A stretch of 64,000 bases of DNA from contig JAWKTZ010000010.1 of NCBI GenBank assembly GCA_041398845.1, positions 189,758 through 253,757 on the forward strand, written 5' to 3'. A model generated the notes under the pieces. That model did no database searches and was not told the origin of the DNA. It saw only the letters and a program-made list of their open reading frames with translations. The position numbers and the translations under genes were made by a program. Below, in pieces: positions 18,517-28,884 of this stretch. This DNA comes from Planctomycetaceae bacterium. Its GTDB lineage: Bacteria > Planctomycetota > Planctomycetia > Planctomycetales > Planctomycetaceae. The first letter of the stretch is position 1. Each line of letters starts with the position of its first letter.

Positions 18517-19869
18517 TCAGATCTGCAGGCCGGACAGTTGTCCCGTGCTGTCGCCGACAAAGTCGACAGGCGTGCCGAACCGATCGAGCATTGCCGTGAA
18601 CAGATTGCACATCGGCGTTTCTGTGGGAACTCGCAGGTGTCGTCCCGTATCGACAGAACCACCGCCGCGTCCGGCCAGCAGGACCGGCAGATTTTCGTTG
18701 TTATGTCGATCTCCGTCGCTGAGTCCGCTGCCGTAAACGATCATTGAATTATCAAGCAGGTTGCCGTGACCATCCGGCGTCGCCTTCATTTTTTGCAGCA
18801 GGTAACTGAGTTGAGCGACATGAAACTGGTTGATCTTGCGGATCTTCGCGTGCTTTTCCGCGTCACCGCGATGATGAGACAGAGCGTGGTGACCGTCCGG
18901 CACATCAATTTGACGATAGCTGCGGTTGCTGCCCGCGTCGGCAAACATGCAGGTGGAAATTCGAGTACTGTCCGTCTGAAACGCCAGCACCATCATGTCG
19001 CACATCAGTCTCAGATGCTGACCGTAGTCGCCAGGAATTCCTTCCGGCACGGGATAGTCGAGATCGGCCGAAAACTGAGGTTCGTCTTCCGTGATTTCAA
19101 TGCGGCGTTCTACTTCTCGAACACCGGTCAGGTATTCGTCAAGTTTGCGCTGGTCTTCGCGCCCAAGCTTTGCCTGAAGTTTCTGAGCGTCTTCGGAGAT
19201 GAAGTCCAGAATGCTCTTCTTCAGAGCTTCGCGGCGAAGCTTGTTTTTGTCCATTTCCTGCGTCCTGCCGTTGGCAAACAGACGTTCGAAAACGTGACGC
19301 GGGTTGGTTTCCTTTCCCAGAGGCGTTGCCTCGGACGACCACGAAATGCTGGACGAATAAGCACAGCTATAACCGGAATCGCAATTGCCCGCGCTGCGGC
19401 CGGGTTCGCAACCGAGTTCCAGCGAGGCGAAACGAGTCAGCTTGCCGGCCGCCTGAGCGGCCACCTGATCGACAGACGTGCCGGAACGAATGTTGGCTCC
19501 ATCGGTCTTCCGTGGCTGAGCACCCGTCAGAAAGACAGACGCACTGCGAGCATGATCGCCCGGACCGTCACCGTTGGCTCGCCCCTTGTCGTGAGTCAGC
19601 CCGCTGATGACCAACAGGTCGTCCTGAACCGGAGCCAGTGGATTCAGAATAAATGGCAACTCAAACCCATAGCCTTCCGTTGTCGGCGTCCAGTCCGGCA
19701 GGTGAACACCATTCGGCACGAAGATAAAACCCATTCGCTGCGGAGGCGTTGGAGCGACCGTTCCGGCGGCCACTGTTGCGGGAATCAGTGACTCAAACCA
19801 CGGCAGACCGAGTGAAACGCCAAGTCCGCGCAGTGCCGTGCGTCGTGACAGAGAAAGCGGGAAATTCAT
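18517..19869 (-). CDS. DUF1552 (HxxSHH) domain protein, Tat-like N-terminus
   Basis: LSRRTALRGLG, SLELGCE, CDSGYSCAYSSSISW, LAFQTDSTRI, HHALSHH, DGDRHN. Confidence 0.92.
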   Translation of the reverse strand: MNFPLSLSRRTALRGLGVSLGLPWFESLIPATVAAGTVAPTPPQRMGFIFVPNGVHLPDWTPTTEGYGFELPFILNPLAPVQDDLLVISGLTHDKGRANGDGPGDHARSASVFLTGAQPRKTDGANIRSGTSVDQVAAQAAGKLTRFASLELGCEPGRSAGNCDSGYSCAYSSSISWSSEATPLGKETNPRHVFERLFANGRTQEMDKNKLRREALKKSILDFISEDAQKLQAKLGREDQRKLDEYLTGVREVERRIEITEDEPQFSADLDYPVPEGIPGDYGQHLRLMCDMMVLAFQTDSTRISTCMFADAGSNRSYRQIDVPDGHHALSHHRGDAEKHAKIRKINQFHVAQLSYLLQKMKATPDGHGNLLDNSMIVYGSGLSDGDRHNNENLPVLLAGRGGGSVDTGRHLRVPTETPMCNLFTAMLDRFGTPVDFVGDSTGQLSGLQI

Positions 19870-19912
19870 GGTTGAGTCCTCAGAGGATGAGGTTTGGAGG
19901 GAGATTCAGATG

Positions 19913-21796
19913 TTACTTCGCTTCCCGCATCGTAAACGCAGGACTTGTCACAATCGCGGTCACAATGCTGCTGAAGCGATAATCATTTTCTTCAAGAGCA
20001 TCAACCACATCGTTGACCACGCAACGGTCGTAAGATACCAGTCCGCGGCCCAAAGCGTAAACCAACATCTTACCGGACAGGCACCGCAGAAACTCCGTTT
20101 TATTTTCTTCGGCCAGAATCTGCATCAATTCCGAGGCTCCGTCAAACTTCCTGCCCCCCGGGAGTTCACCGGCAGCATTCACCTCAAAGCGACCGTCACG
20201 GTCCCGCCAGGCGCCAATGGCGTCAAAGTTTTCCATACCAAATCCCAGAGCATCCATCTTCAGATGGCAGGTTGAGCACGCCGGATTCGACCGATGCTGC
20301 TCCATTTGTTCACGCAGCGAACCGAGGGTTTCCCCACCCTCTTCCAGTTCCGGAACATTCGGAGGCGGGGGAGGCGGAGGTTCGGCCAGAATGTTCTCCA
20401 GAATCCACTTGCCGCGTTTCACGGGCGACGTTCGAGTCGGATTGGACGTCAGCAGCAGAATGCTGGAATGAGTCAACACGCCTCGACGCCCATTGGCCAT
20501 CAGAACCTTTTGAAACTGTTCACCGGTGACATTGGTCATGCCATAGTGGGCCGCCAGTCGTTCATTGACGAAGGTGTAATCGGCGGTGAGGAACTCCAGC
20601 ACGCTGCGATCTTCCCGAATCATGTTTTCAAAAAACGTTTCCGTCTCACGACGCATTGCCAACTGCAGATCCGCATCAAACGTGGGAAATTGATCCGGGT
20701 CCGGCTGAAGTTTTGTCACGTCTCGCAACTGCAGCCATTGTCCGGCAAAGTTTTTCACGAGCGCTTGCGCCTTTGGATCTGCCAGCATGCGTTGTGCCTG
20801 AGCCTGCAACACCGTGGGCTTGATGAGTTCGCCGCTGGCTGCGAGATTGAAGAGCTCCTCATCGGGCATGGAGCTCCAGAGAAAGTAGGACAGCCGTGAC
20901 GCGAGTTCAAAGCCGTTCAGCGAGCGAATGCCATCCTGATCATCGTCGGCCGGATCCGCTTCGACTCGAAACAGAAAGTGCGGATTCGACAGCACGGCTG
21001 CAATAGCGGTTTCGTAGATTTCGTCGGGTTCGCTGCCCTGATCCCATGCGAACTTCATCACAGCAAACAAACGATCCTCTTCCGCCAGCGTGATCGGGCG
21101 TCGAAAGGCTCGCGTTGCGAATTCGTTGATGTTTCGCCGGGCGACATCCACGATCTGTTCGGGCGAATTCGCTTCATGCTTCAATATTCGCTTTCTGGCA
21201 GCTTCATCGGCCATGACGTTTTGTGCCACCGTTTGTGCTGCAGCGAGATACTTTTCCAGGAGGACCGGTGGAATCGTCAGCACGTCGCCGATGTTGTCGA
21301 AGCCTTCGCCGACGTCGTCGGAAGGAAAATCATCTGCGACGTTCAGATTCAGACCCACCAGATCGCGAATCGTGTTGTTGTATTCCGCCTTGTTCAGCCG
21401 TCGCAATGTAACTCGGCCGGGATGTTGTTCGGAGGTGCAGTCAAACGATTCCAACTGAACTGTCAGGTACTGCAGAATCGTGGTCAGTTCATCGGCGGTC
21501 GGCTGAGTCTCTTCGACTGGCGGCATCTGCCGATCACGAATCAGCCTTCGCGCCTTCTCCCACAATTCATAGTCGGTCTGGATGAGTGCCGAGTCCTGAT
21601 ACCTTTCGAAGTTGATACCGGCTTCGGCCTCATCGCCGCTGTGGCAACGGGTGCAGTGAGTGGCAAGAAACGGTTTGACGTTTCTGACAAATTGCTCCTG
21701 CGCCGTTGATGACGACTCGTCAGCGAACAGAACCGGCGACGTGACGGACACAATGGCCGACAGCGTCACGATGGATTTCAGAAAGAGACATTTCAT
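19913..21796 (-). CDS. DUF1592/DUF1588/DUF1585/DUF1587/DUF1595 protein with c-type heme motifs
   Basis: CTRCH and CSTCH, RRLNKAEYNNT, ELASRLSYFLWSSMPD, TSPVKRGKWIL, ALGRG. Confidence 0.92.
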   Translation of the reverse strand: MKCLFLKSIVTLSAIVSVTSPVLFADESSSTAQEQFVRNVKPFLATHCTRCHSGDEAEAGINFERYQDSALIQTDYELWEKARRLIRDRQMPPVEETQPTADELTTILQYLTVQLESFDCTSEQHPGRVTLRRLNKAEYNNTIRDLVGLNLNVADDFPSDDVGEGFDNIGDVLTIPPVLLEKYLAAAQTVAQNVMADEAARKRILKHEANSPEQIVDVARRNINEFATRAFRRPITLAEEDRLFAVMKFAWDQGSEPDEIYETAIAAVLSNPHFLFRVEADPADDDQDGIRSLNGFELASRLSYFLWSSMPDEELFNLAASGELIKPTVLQAQAQRMLADPKAQALVKNFAGQWLQLRDVTKLQPDPDQFPTFDADLQLAMRRETETFFENMIREDRSVLEFLTADYTFVNERLAAHYGMTNVTGEQFQKVLMANGRRGVLTHSSILLLTSNPTRTSPVKRGKWILENILAEPPPPPPPNVPELEEGGETLGSLREQMEQHRSNPACSTCHLKMDALGFGMENFDAIGAWRDRDGRFEVNAAGELPGGRKFDGASELMQILAEENKTEFLRCLSGKMLVYALGRGLVSYDRCVVNDVVDALEENDYRFSSIVTAIVTSPAFTMREAK

Positions 21797-21938
21797 AGCG
21801 GTCCAGTATAAGCGGACGGTGGGCAAACAAAAAACGTTTGTTCCACGACCTCCGCTGGTCGGCTTTTCGCCGGTCGCCTACACTACGGACGGAACGTCTG
21901 TATTTCCCGCTTTCTGTTCACTTTCTTTGAGATGTTTT

Positions 21939-23210
21939 ATGTTCACACCCCGATTTCCTGCCTGTCTGACGACCGTTCTGCTGTTTATCGCCACAATTCA
22001 CGCCGCAGACTGGCCTCAATGGCGCGGGCCTGACCGGGACGGTCGGTCGGCCGAAACCGGCCTGGACCTGGACTGGACGGATGGGGCTCCCAGACTGTTG
22101 TGGAAGCTCGAAGGGGTCGGCAGAGGCTACTCCAGTGTGGCGGTTGTCGACAACGTGATCTATACGACCGGCAACACGGACAACGGGCAGTGCGTGATTG
22201 CTCGCAAAGCCGCCGATGGATCGGAGATCTGGTCCACATCGCTGACGGACAGGGCTCCCAAACACGGGTATGATGGAGCTCGCTGCACGCCGTCCGTTAC
22301 CGACAAGCACGTTTATGTTGTCACATCCGACGGACAGATTGCCTGTCTGAAACGCAGCGACGGGCGTGTGGTGTGGTCGAAGAAATTCGCAGACGAGTGG
22401 AACGGGAAGATGATGAGCGGCTGGGGATTTTCCGAATCACCGCTGGTCGATGGAGATCGAGTGATCTGTACGCCGGGCGGTGACAAAGCGCTGATTGTTG
22501 CTCTGAACCGTCTGACGGGTGAAGAAATCTGGAGCAGCCCTTCCTTTGATTCCGACAAAGGCAATGACGGCGCCGGCTATTCGTCGGTGGTAATCAGCAA
22601 CGCCGGCGGAATCAAACAATACGTGACATTGACCGGTCACGGCGTCGTGAGTGTGGATGCGAAAGACGGATCGATTTTGTGGACATACGCCCGAGTGGCC
22701 AACGGCACCGCGAATATTCCCACACCTGTGGTGTTTGACGACTACGTGTTCTGTTCGTCAGGCTACGGCACCGGTTCGGCCCTGTTGCATATCGTCAAAG
22801 AAGGTGACGGCCTGAAGGCCAGCGAGAAGTACTTTCTGGATGCGGGGACTCTGCAGAATCATCACGGCGGCATGATTCGTGACGGCGACTACATCTACTG
22901 CGGCCATGGACACAACGAAGGCTTTCCGACCTGTCTGAAGATCGATACCGGTGAAGTTGTCTGGGGCGGAAAACTTCGGGGGGCCGGCAAAAAGTCTGCC
23001 GCCGTCACCATGGTCGGTGACCACCTGCTGTTCCGCTACGAATCGGGCGAACTGGCCTCCATTGTGGCCACTCCGGAAAGCTATCAGCTCAAAGGTTACT
23101 TCATGCCGGACTACCAGGAAGGCAAAAGCTGGGCTCATCCGGTTGTTGTGGACGGTCGTCTTTACCTGCGAGAACAGAACGTGCTGATGTGCTATGACAT
23201 CACCCGGTGA
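21939..23210 (+). CDS. Exported PQQ-like beta-propeller repeat protein
   Basis: ADWPQWRGPDRDG, GYSS, WAHPVVVDGRLYLR. Signal peptide from ATG 21939. Confidence 0.92.
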   Translation: MFTPRFPACLTTVLLFIATIHAADWPQWRGPDRDGRSAETGLDLDWTDGAPRLLWKLEGVGRGYSSVAVVDNVIYTTGNTDNGQCVIARKAADGSEIWSTSLTDRAPKHGYDGARCTPSVTDKHVYVVTSDGQIACLKRSDGRVVWSKKFADEWNGKMMSGWGFSESPLVDGDRVICTPGGDKALIVALNRLTGEEIWSSPSFDSDKGNDGAGYSSVVISNAGGIKQYVTLTGHGVVSVDAKDGSILWTYARVANGTANIPTPVVFDDYVFCSSGYGTGSALLHIVKEGDGLKASEKYFLDAGTLQNHHGGMIRDGDYIYCGHGHNEGFPTCLKIDTGEVVWGGKLRGAGKKSAAVTMVGDHLLFRYESGELASIVATPESYQLKGYFMPDYQEGKSWAHPVVVDGRLYLREQNVLMCYDITR

Positions 23211-24391
23211 TGCTGATGAATTTCGATGTCATCGTTCTGGGAACCGGAGGTGTCGGAAGTGCGGCCCTGTTTCATCTGGCGAAACAGGGCCTGCGTGTGC
23301 TCGGACTGGACCGCTTTCCACCAGGACATGATCGAGGCAGCTCGCACGGCGAATCACGAGTCATCCGCCGGTCCTACTTCGAACATCCTGATTACGTTCC
23401 GCTGCTGAACATGGCTTATGCTCTGTGGGATGATCTGAGCGAACAATGCGGCAGGACGCTGCTGCATCGCACGGGAATTCTGTACTTCGGCGCTGCGGAG
23501 GGTCAGGTCGTGAACGGCATTCAGACCAGCGCAGCTCAGCACAATCTGACCATCGAATGCCTGGACATTCAGGAAGCCGCAAACCGGTTTCCTGTCTTCA
23601 CCGCACCGGAAAACACGACTGCGATTTTCGAACGTGATGCCGGATATCTGCGAGTCGAAGATTGCGTGACGGCTCACGTGTCGCAGGCACTGCAACGGGG
23701 AGCTCAGCAGCGACATGGTGAAACTGTACTGAACTGGTCGGCGACCGATGATGGGGTCACCGTGTTGACTCAGAACGGACGCTATGAAGCGGATCGACTG
23801 ATTATCACGGCCGGAGCATGGACCAACGATCTGCTCACGGAACTGAAGATTCCGCTGCGAGTGGTTCGCAAGCATCTGCACTGGCACGCCGTGACAGACG
23901 ACCGTTGTCTCTCAGCGAACGGCTGTCCATGTTATTTTATGGAATCGCAGGGCGGATATTTTTACGGCTGCCCGGCCATTGGTTCGGACGGATTCAAGAT
24001 TGCCGAACACAGCGGAGGCGTGACTGTCCCGGACCCGCTCACCGATTTGACAACGCCGGACATTCACGACACAGCGCGTGTTGACACCTTTCGGTCCCGG
24101 CATCTGACTGGAGTTTCACCAACGCGGACACGACATCAGCGCTGCTTTTACACCATGACCCCGGACGAACATTTTGTTGTCGATCGTCATCCGCAATTCC
24201 GTTCGGTGGCGTTTGCGGCGGGTCTGTCCGGACACGGCTTCAAGTTTACGTCGGTTCTGGGAAGAATTCTGGCGGAACTCGTGACGACAACAGAACCGTG
24301 CTGCGAGATTGGTTTTTTCAGCCTGAACAGGTCAGCTCTGAAGGCATCGGATCACAGTGGACCAACCGGGAATCCACCGGCGGGAGCATGA
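23207..24391 (+). CDS. solA: N-methyl-L-tryptophan oxidase / monomeric sarcosine oxidase family flavoprotein
   Basis: VIVLGTGGVGS, GSSHGESRVIR, CFYTMTPDEHF, GLSGHGFKF. Start overlaps the upstream stop. Confidence 0.88.
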   Translation: MMLMNFDVIVLGTGGVGSAALFHLAKQGLRVLGLDRFPPGHDRGSSHGESRVIRRSYFEHPDYVPLLNMAYALWDDLSEQCGRTLLHRTGILYFGAAEGQVVNGIQTSAAQHNLTIECLDIQEAANRFPVFTAPENTTAIFERDAGYLRVEDCVTAHVSQALQRGAQQRHGETVLNWSATDDGVTVLTQNGRYEADRLIITAGAWTNDLLTELKIPLRVVRKHLHWHAVTDDRCLSANGCPCYFMESQGGYFYGCPAIGSDGFKIAEHSGGVTVPDPLTDLTTPDIHDTARVDTFRSRHLTGVSPTRTRHQRCFYTMTPDEHFVVDRHPQFRSVAFAAGLSGHGFKFTSVLGRILAELVTTTEPCCEIGFFSLNRSALKASDHSGPTGNPPAGA

Positions 24392-26157
24392 TTGGGTTCC
24401 AGGCTCGGCGGCTGTTCGGCGCCCAGAACCGGCAAAGCCCAGCGGACGGTTTCTCCCAGCATTGAGTGTTCACCGTAGGTTGCTCGAGCTCGCTGCAGGT
24501 CCGAAACCGCCGTTCGACCATCCATCCATGCGATGCTCAGGACAGCCATGCGACGGACGATGAAGAATTCAGGCTGAAATGGATTGTCGTCAAAGATTCG
24601 TTCCAGCAGTTTCCCGATGAAAGTCGGATCGGGTTTGCCTTCGTTGATCTTTCCAAGTGCCCACAGTCCGGCGGCACGAGCTTCCGGGTCGCCAGCGTTT
24701 TTGGAAAACTGCTCTTCGCAAAGTGGCTGCAGAGACTTTGTCCGCAGCAATCCGGCGTGCTGGAACAGAAACACCAGTTGCAGATGATTGTATTCGGGAG
24801 GAAGACTGGAACCCGGCGGGCGGCCCATTTTATAGCGACGCAATGTGACTTCGTTCACGGCTTCGGCAACCGATTGTTCCGGCATCAGATGCAGCAGCCA
24901 TGCGGCCGTCACATAGACTTCCGGACGAACATGATCCAGCCAGGGCACACAATCTGCCTGCCATTCCCGATGCCGGAGTTCACCCAGCAGAATCAGTGAC
25001 TGTTCAACCTGCTGCCATCCGCTGCTGGCGTCTCCGATCACAGCTCCGGCGTTTTTCAGAATTCCGGGACGAAGTTCCGACTGGCTGGTTGCCAGATCCT
25101 GAAGTGTCGTTCGAGCCGCATTGCGAACTCCAATGTGAACATCAGCCAGCAGAGAATGGACAGCATCACAGCGTTCGATTGTCGGCAGTGTCTGAACCAG
25201 CTTCGTGACGACGGTTCGCACATTCGCATCTGAGTGAACGAGTCCGCGATCCAGTTTCTCCAGCAGCCGATGCGGATCCCGGGCCAGCAGACTGCTCCAT
25301 GCCTGCGAGGCCACAGCGTTGGCGGGATCATCGCACAACGTGGAAAGCAGAGTCAGCGCTGCGTCTGTCTGACTTTGTTCCAGCAGGGCACACGCAAGCA
25401 GTCGATCGGGAATGTCGCCCTGAGCATACGTTGTGGCTTCCCGGGTTGCTCGCGGTTCGTCCAGTGTGCTGACTGCTCGCGCAGCCGCATGGCGTTTGGC
25501 GTATTCCGTCGTTGAAGCCAGCACGTTCAGCAGTGGTTCCACAGCGGACGCGTCATTCAGTGCCACAAGCCCTTCGCTGGCGAGACGAACCAGAACGGTT
25601 GAAAAGTTATCCGGCTTCTGAACGCGACTCAACCATGTGGTTCGCAGTGCATCTCCACCCCACGCCACAAAGTCCGGTTCGATTCGCAGACACAGAGTTT
25701 CATATTGAGGAACACAAAGCTTTGCCACATCGCCGGCAAACTGAGCATCGCCGATAGCCGCCAGCGCCGACGCGCTGGCTTGCCTGACCCGCCGACTGTC
25801 CGACGACTTCAGTTGTTTCTGAAGCAGCCTGCCTGCGGCGGAAGCGTCGGAAAGCTTTTCCGTCGCCACTCGTTCGATCGATCGAATGGCATCCACCAGA
25901 ATTTCGTTGTCCGGTGCCGTTTCCAGCAGCCGCAGGAAGAGCTCCATCCGGCCGTCGTCGAGATACAGGATGTCGTCAGGCAGCAGGAGTTCCGGTTCCA
26001 GATACATGCGTCGAGGCAGATCGGCAAATCGGGCAATCTCAGGCAGGTCGATGGTTCCGGCAAACTCCAGTTCCTGCTGGCCGGCAGCAATCGGCAGACT
26101 GATTGTCAGCAGGAGACTCGCAATACAAAACCGTACACACATTCGAATGACTCGCAT
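24352..26157 (-). CDS. Exported HEAT/ARM-like repeat hypothetical protein
   Basis: Signal peptide (..LPIAAGQ). Repeats such as SRRVRQASASALAAIG, DANVRTVV, PEARAAGLWALG. Confidence 0.75.
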   Translation of the reverse strand: MRVIRMCVRFCIASLLLTISLPIAAGQQELEFAGTIDLPEIARFADLPRRMYLEPELLLPDDILYLDDGRMELFLRLLETAPDNEILVDAIRSIERVATEKLSDASAAGRLLQKQLKSSDSRRVRQASASALAAIGDAQFAGDVAKLCVPQYETLCLRIEPDFVAWGGDALRTTWLSRVQKPDNFSTVLVRLASEGLVALNDASAVEPLLNVLASTTEYAKRHAAARAVSTLDEPRATREATTYAQGDIPDRLLACALLEQSQTDAALTLLSTLCDDPANAVASQAWSSLLARDPHRLLEKLDRGLVHSDANVRTVVTKLVQTLPTIERCDAVHSLLADVHIGVRNAARTTLQDLATSQSELRPGILKNAGAVIGDASSGWQQVEQSLILLGELRHREWQADCVPWLDHVRPEVYVTAAWLLHLMPEQSVAEAVNEVTLRRYKMGRPPGSSLPPEYNHLQLVFLFQHAGLLRTKSLQPLCEEQFSKNAGDPEARAAGLWALGKINEGKPDPTFIGKLLERIFDDNPFQPEFFIVRRMAVLSIAWMDGRTAVSDLQRARATYGEHSMLGETVRWALPVLGAEQPPSLEPNHAPAGGFPVGPL

Positions 26158-26194
26158 GAATAATCGTCTCGGATTTTCTCAGCAGGCAGGTCCG

Positions 26195-27862
26195 TCAATC
26201 CGGTTCCCAGAGCCGCCATGTTCGCAGCGACAGAACCACCAGCAGTACGCCGCATAACATTCCGGAATTGACCCATGTGGCCCGCAGCAGTCCGTCGTAG
26301 GCCTGAAATCCCTCCACTTCCATCGCGTTCAACGCTCCCGCCATCGCGTTCACCGACAGCGCGCGTTCCACCACGGCGTGACTGAACGGCGAATCCCGAT
26401 TGAGCCAGACCAGCAGCGTTCCGCCATACAGCAATATCAACAGTGCATAGGCCACCGTTGTGGCAACGGCCGTCGAACGGAAGAAACTGCTCACCGTCGC
26501 GCTGACCAGCATGGCGACGGCGGCGGTGACCACCAGAGACAGAATGACCTGAAGGACCTGCTGCTGAAGCACCGGCTTGATCACCATAATGATTCCGTAC
26601 CCCGGCAACGAAGCACACAGCACCAGCAGCAGTGTCAGACTGACGCTCAACAGCTTGCCAATCAGAACCCGATGAACTCCCAGAGGGGTTGTTCGCAGCA
26701 TGTTCCAGCCGCCGCTTTCCACTTCGCCGGCAATCAGAGCACCGGACAGTCCAGGGGTCAGCACCAGCACCAGACCAACCTGAGCCACAATGATGATGCC
26801 GCCGACCCGTTCGACACCCCAGTCCAGAGTTCCCATCGTGGTGGCCAGAGTCAGCAGCAGCGACAGCACCGCACATCCCGCCACCATTCTCAGCAGCCAG
26901 TGCATCCGCCCGAACTGTCGACTGCGAAATTCCTTCACCATCAGAGGATTCAGATACCACGGGATTCCGGATTTGCGTTTCTGAGGGTCCACCAGATACA
27001 TCAGTCGGCGAGCCGCTTTCTGGCTTGTTGAGCGGTCATCGGTGATGATTCCCTGATCTCGTGAACGGTCCATCAATGCGTAGTTCAGACGTTGAATGCA
27101 AAACACGCTGCCCAGCAAAATGACAACCAGAGCTGACTTCACATACGCCGAAATCAGATCGTCCGATTCGAAGGCTCCCGTCCCTCCGGGTGATGCATCA
27201 CCCACCAACTGGACCAGAGCAGGAACCGGCGACAGTTTGCGCAGTTGACTGGCTGCCGTCGCATAGATGCTGTCGCCGCCCTGCAGAAACAGATACGGGA
27301 TGGTGAGAATGCCTACCAGAAGAAACGTGATTCCGTAAACCCATCTCAGCCCCGATTCCGGAGTCCGGGCGATTGTGCCTACCAGCAGGCCCAGCACAAT
27401 CAGTTCGACGCAGATGACTCCCAGCAACCCATACAATGCCAGCACGTCACGAGTTGGCGAAAGTGCGCCCATGGCATAACAGCAGGCCATTGCCGGCATG
27501 GTCACAGTCAGGACAAGAGCCGAAAAGATGACCAGAGCCAGCAGTTTGCCCACAAAGATTTCTGCTCGTCGCAGAGGAGAATTCAGCAGCAGTTCCATTG
27601 TTCGCCGTCGCACTTCGCGAATGAGCCCGGTGGCCGGAAAGGCGGGCACGACGAACACAACCACAACAAACATCGAATACGCGAGGGCTCGAAACACGCT
27701 CCGGGCCTGAACTCCGCTCAGATCCGCCGTTGCGCTCGAAGGCCACTTCAGCAGCACTGCCGCCGAAAACGTCATCGCAATGATGACCAGCAGCAGCAGC
27801 GTGCGTCGACTGCGCAGCAGCGCAGGGAGTTCCCGGTTCAGAATGGCAAGACTTCCAGTCAT
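26195..27862 (-). CDS. ABC-2 type transporter permease (duplicated membrane domain)
   Basis: Two halves (ILNRELPALLRS.. and NPLMVKEFRS..), each with about 6 TM and ELLLNSPL / NMLRTTPL motifs. Confidence 0.88.
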   Translation of the reverse strand: MTGSLAILNRELPALLRSRRTLLLLVIIAMTFSAAVLLKWPSSATADLSGVQARSVFRALAYSMFVVVVFVVPAFPATGLIREVRRRTMELLLNSPLRRAEIFVGKLLALVIFSALVLTVTMPAMACCYAMGALSPTRDVLALYGLLGVICVELIVLGLLVGTIARTPESGLRWVYGITFLLVGILTIPYLFLQGGDSIYATAASQLRKLSPVPALVQLVGDASPGGTGAFESDDLISAYVKSALVVILLGSVFCIQRLNYALMDRSRDQGIITDDRSTSQKAARRLMYLVDPQKRKSGIPWYLNPLMVKEFRSRQFGRMHWLLRMVAGCAVLSLLLTLATTMGTLDWGVERVGGIIIVAQVGLVLVLTPGLSGALIAGEVESGGWNMLRTTPLGVHRVLIGKLLSVSLTLLLVLCASLPGYGIIMVIKPVLQQQVLQVILSLVVTAAVAMLVSATVSSFFRSTAVATTVAYALLILLYGGTLLVWLNRDSPFSHAVVERALSVNAMAGALNAMEVEGFQAYDGLLRATWVNSGMLCGVLLVVLSLRTWRLWEPD

Positions 27863-28860
27863 GATGCCGCCTCCACCGTTGCCGGAACGGCTTCCGCTGT
27901 CACAGCGGCCTGCTGAGTCACGCTGATAAAGATCTCTTCAAGGTCACCCGCCACTTCACGAAACTGCGAAATCTGTTCGCCGCTGCCGATCAGTTGACAC
28001 AACAAAGCCGACATCTGCTCATCCGTGCCTGCGGTTCGAAAACGCACGACGGCTTCCGTTTCTGACGGCATCACTTCACAGTCGTCTTCGAGGGCCTTAC
28101 GCACCTCATCAGCCACTGACGCCACTCGACCGGCATCCAGCAGCTCCACTTCCATGGTCCGTCGCTGAGAAAGCGTGCGACTGACGTCCTGCAGCGTCCC
28201 GAAGGCCTTCAGTTGTCCACCGGCCACAATGGCCACGCGGTCACAGATGCGTGACAGTTCGGGAAGGATATGACTGGTGACAATCAGGGTGCGTCCTTCG
28301 TCGGCAAGCCTCAGCAGAATGTCCCGCATTTCGATTCTGGCCTGAGGATCCAGGCCGTTGGCGGGTTCGTCCAGAATCAGCACCTGCGGATCGTGCAGCA
28401 GGGTTCGAGCAATGCCGATGCGCTGCTGCATCCCGTGGCTCAGGCTTTCGACATAGCGGTCTTTCATCCATGTCGCGTTGGTAATCTCCAGGACTTCGGC
28501 AATCCGCATCTGCCGCGACTTTCGACCGATGCCGAACGCGGCCCCGAAAAAATCCAGGTACTCCGTGACTCGCATGTTGTCATACGACCCGAACTTGTCC
28601 GGCATGTAACCGACCAGCCGCCGCACCTTTCGAGCTTCCCGCACACAATCGGCTCCGGCAATATGCGCCGTGCCGGATGTGGGGCGAGTCAACCCGACCA
28701 GAATGCGAATGGTGGTGGTCTTTCCGGCACCGTTCGGGCCAATGAACCCCAGAATATTCCCTTTGTTCAATGTCAGATTCAGTTGATCCAGAGCGACGAA
28801 ATCTCCGAACCGTTTGGTCAGATTCCGAATTTCAATGACCGGCTTGGCACCATTTTCCAC
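27859..28860 (-). CDS. ABC transporter ATP-binding protein
   Basis: GPNGAGKTT, LSHGMQQR, LILDEP, TSHIL. 4-bp overlap with the permease gene. Confidence 0.96.
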   Translation of the reverse strand: MENGAKPVIEIRNLTKRFGDFVALDQLNLTLNKGNILGFIGPNGAGKTTTIRILVGLTRPTSGTAHIAGADCVREARKVRRLVGYMPDKFGSYDNMRVTEYLDFFGAAFGIGRKSRQMRIAEVLEITNATWMKDRYVESLSHGMQQRIGIARTLLHDPQVLILDEPANGLDPQARIEMRDILLRLADEGRTLIVTSHILPELSRICDRVAIVAGGQLKAFGTLQDVSRTLSQRRTMEVELLDAGRVASVADEVRKALEDDCEVMPSETEAVVRFRTAGTDEQMSALLCQLIGSGEQISQFREVAGDLEEIFISVTQQAAVTAEAVPATVEAAS

Positions 28861-28884
28861 GTCGTTGTCTTTCTGAAGTGATTG

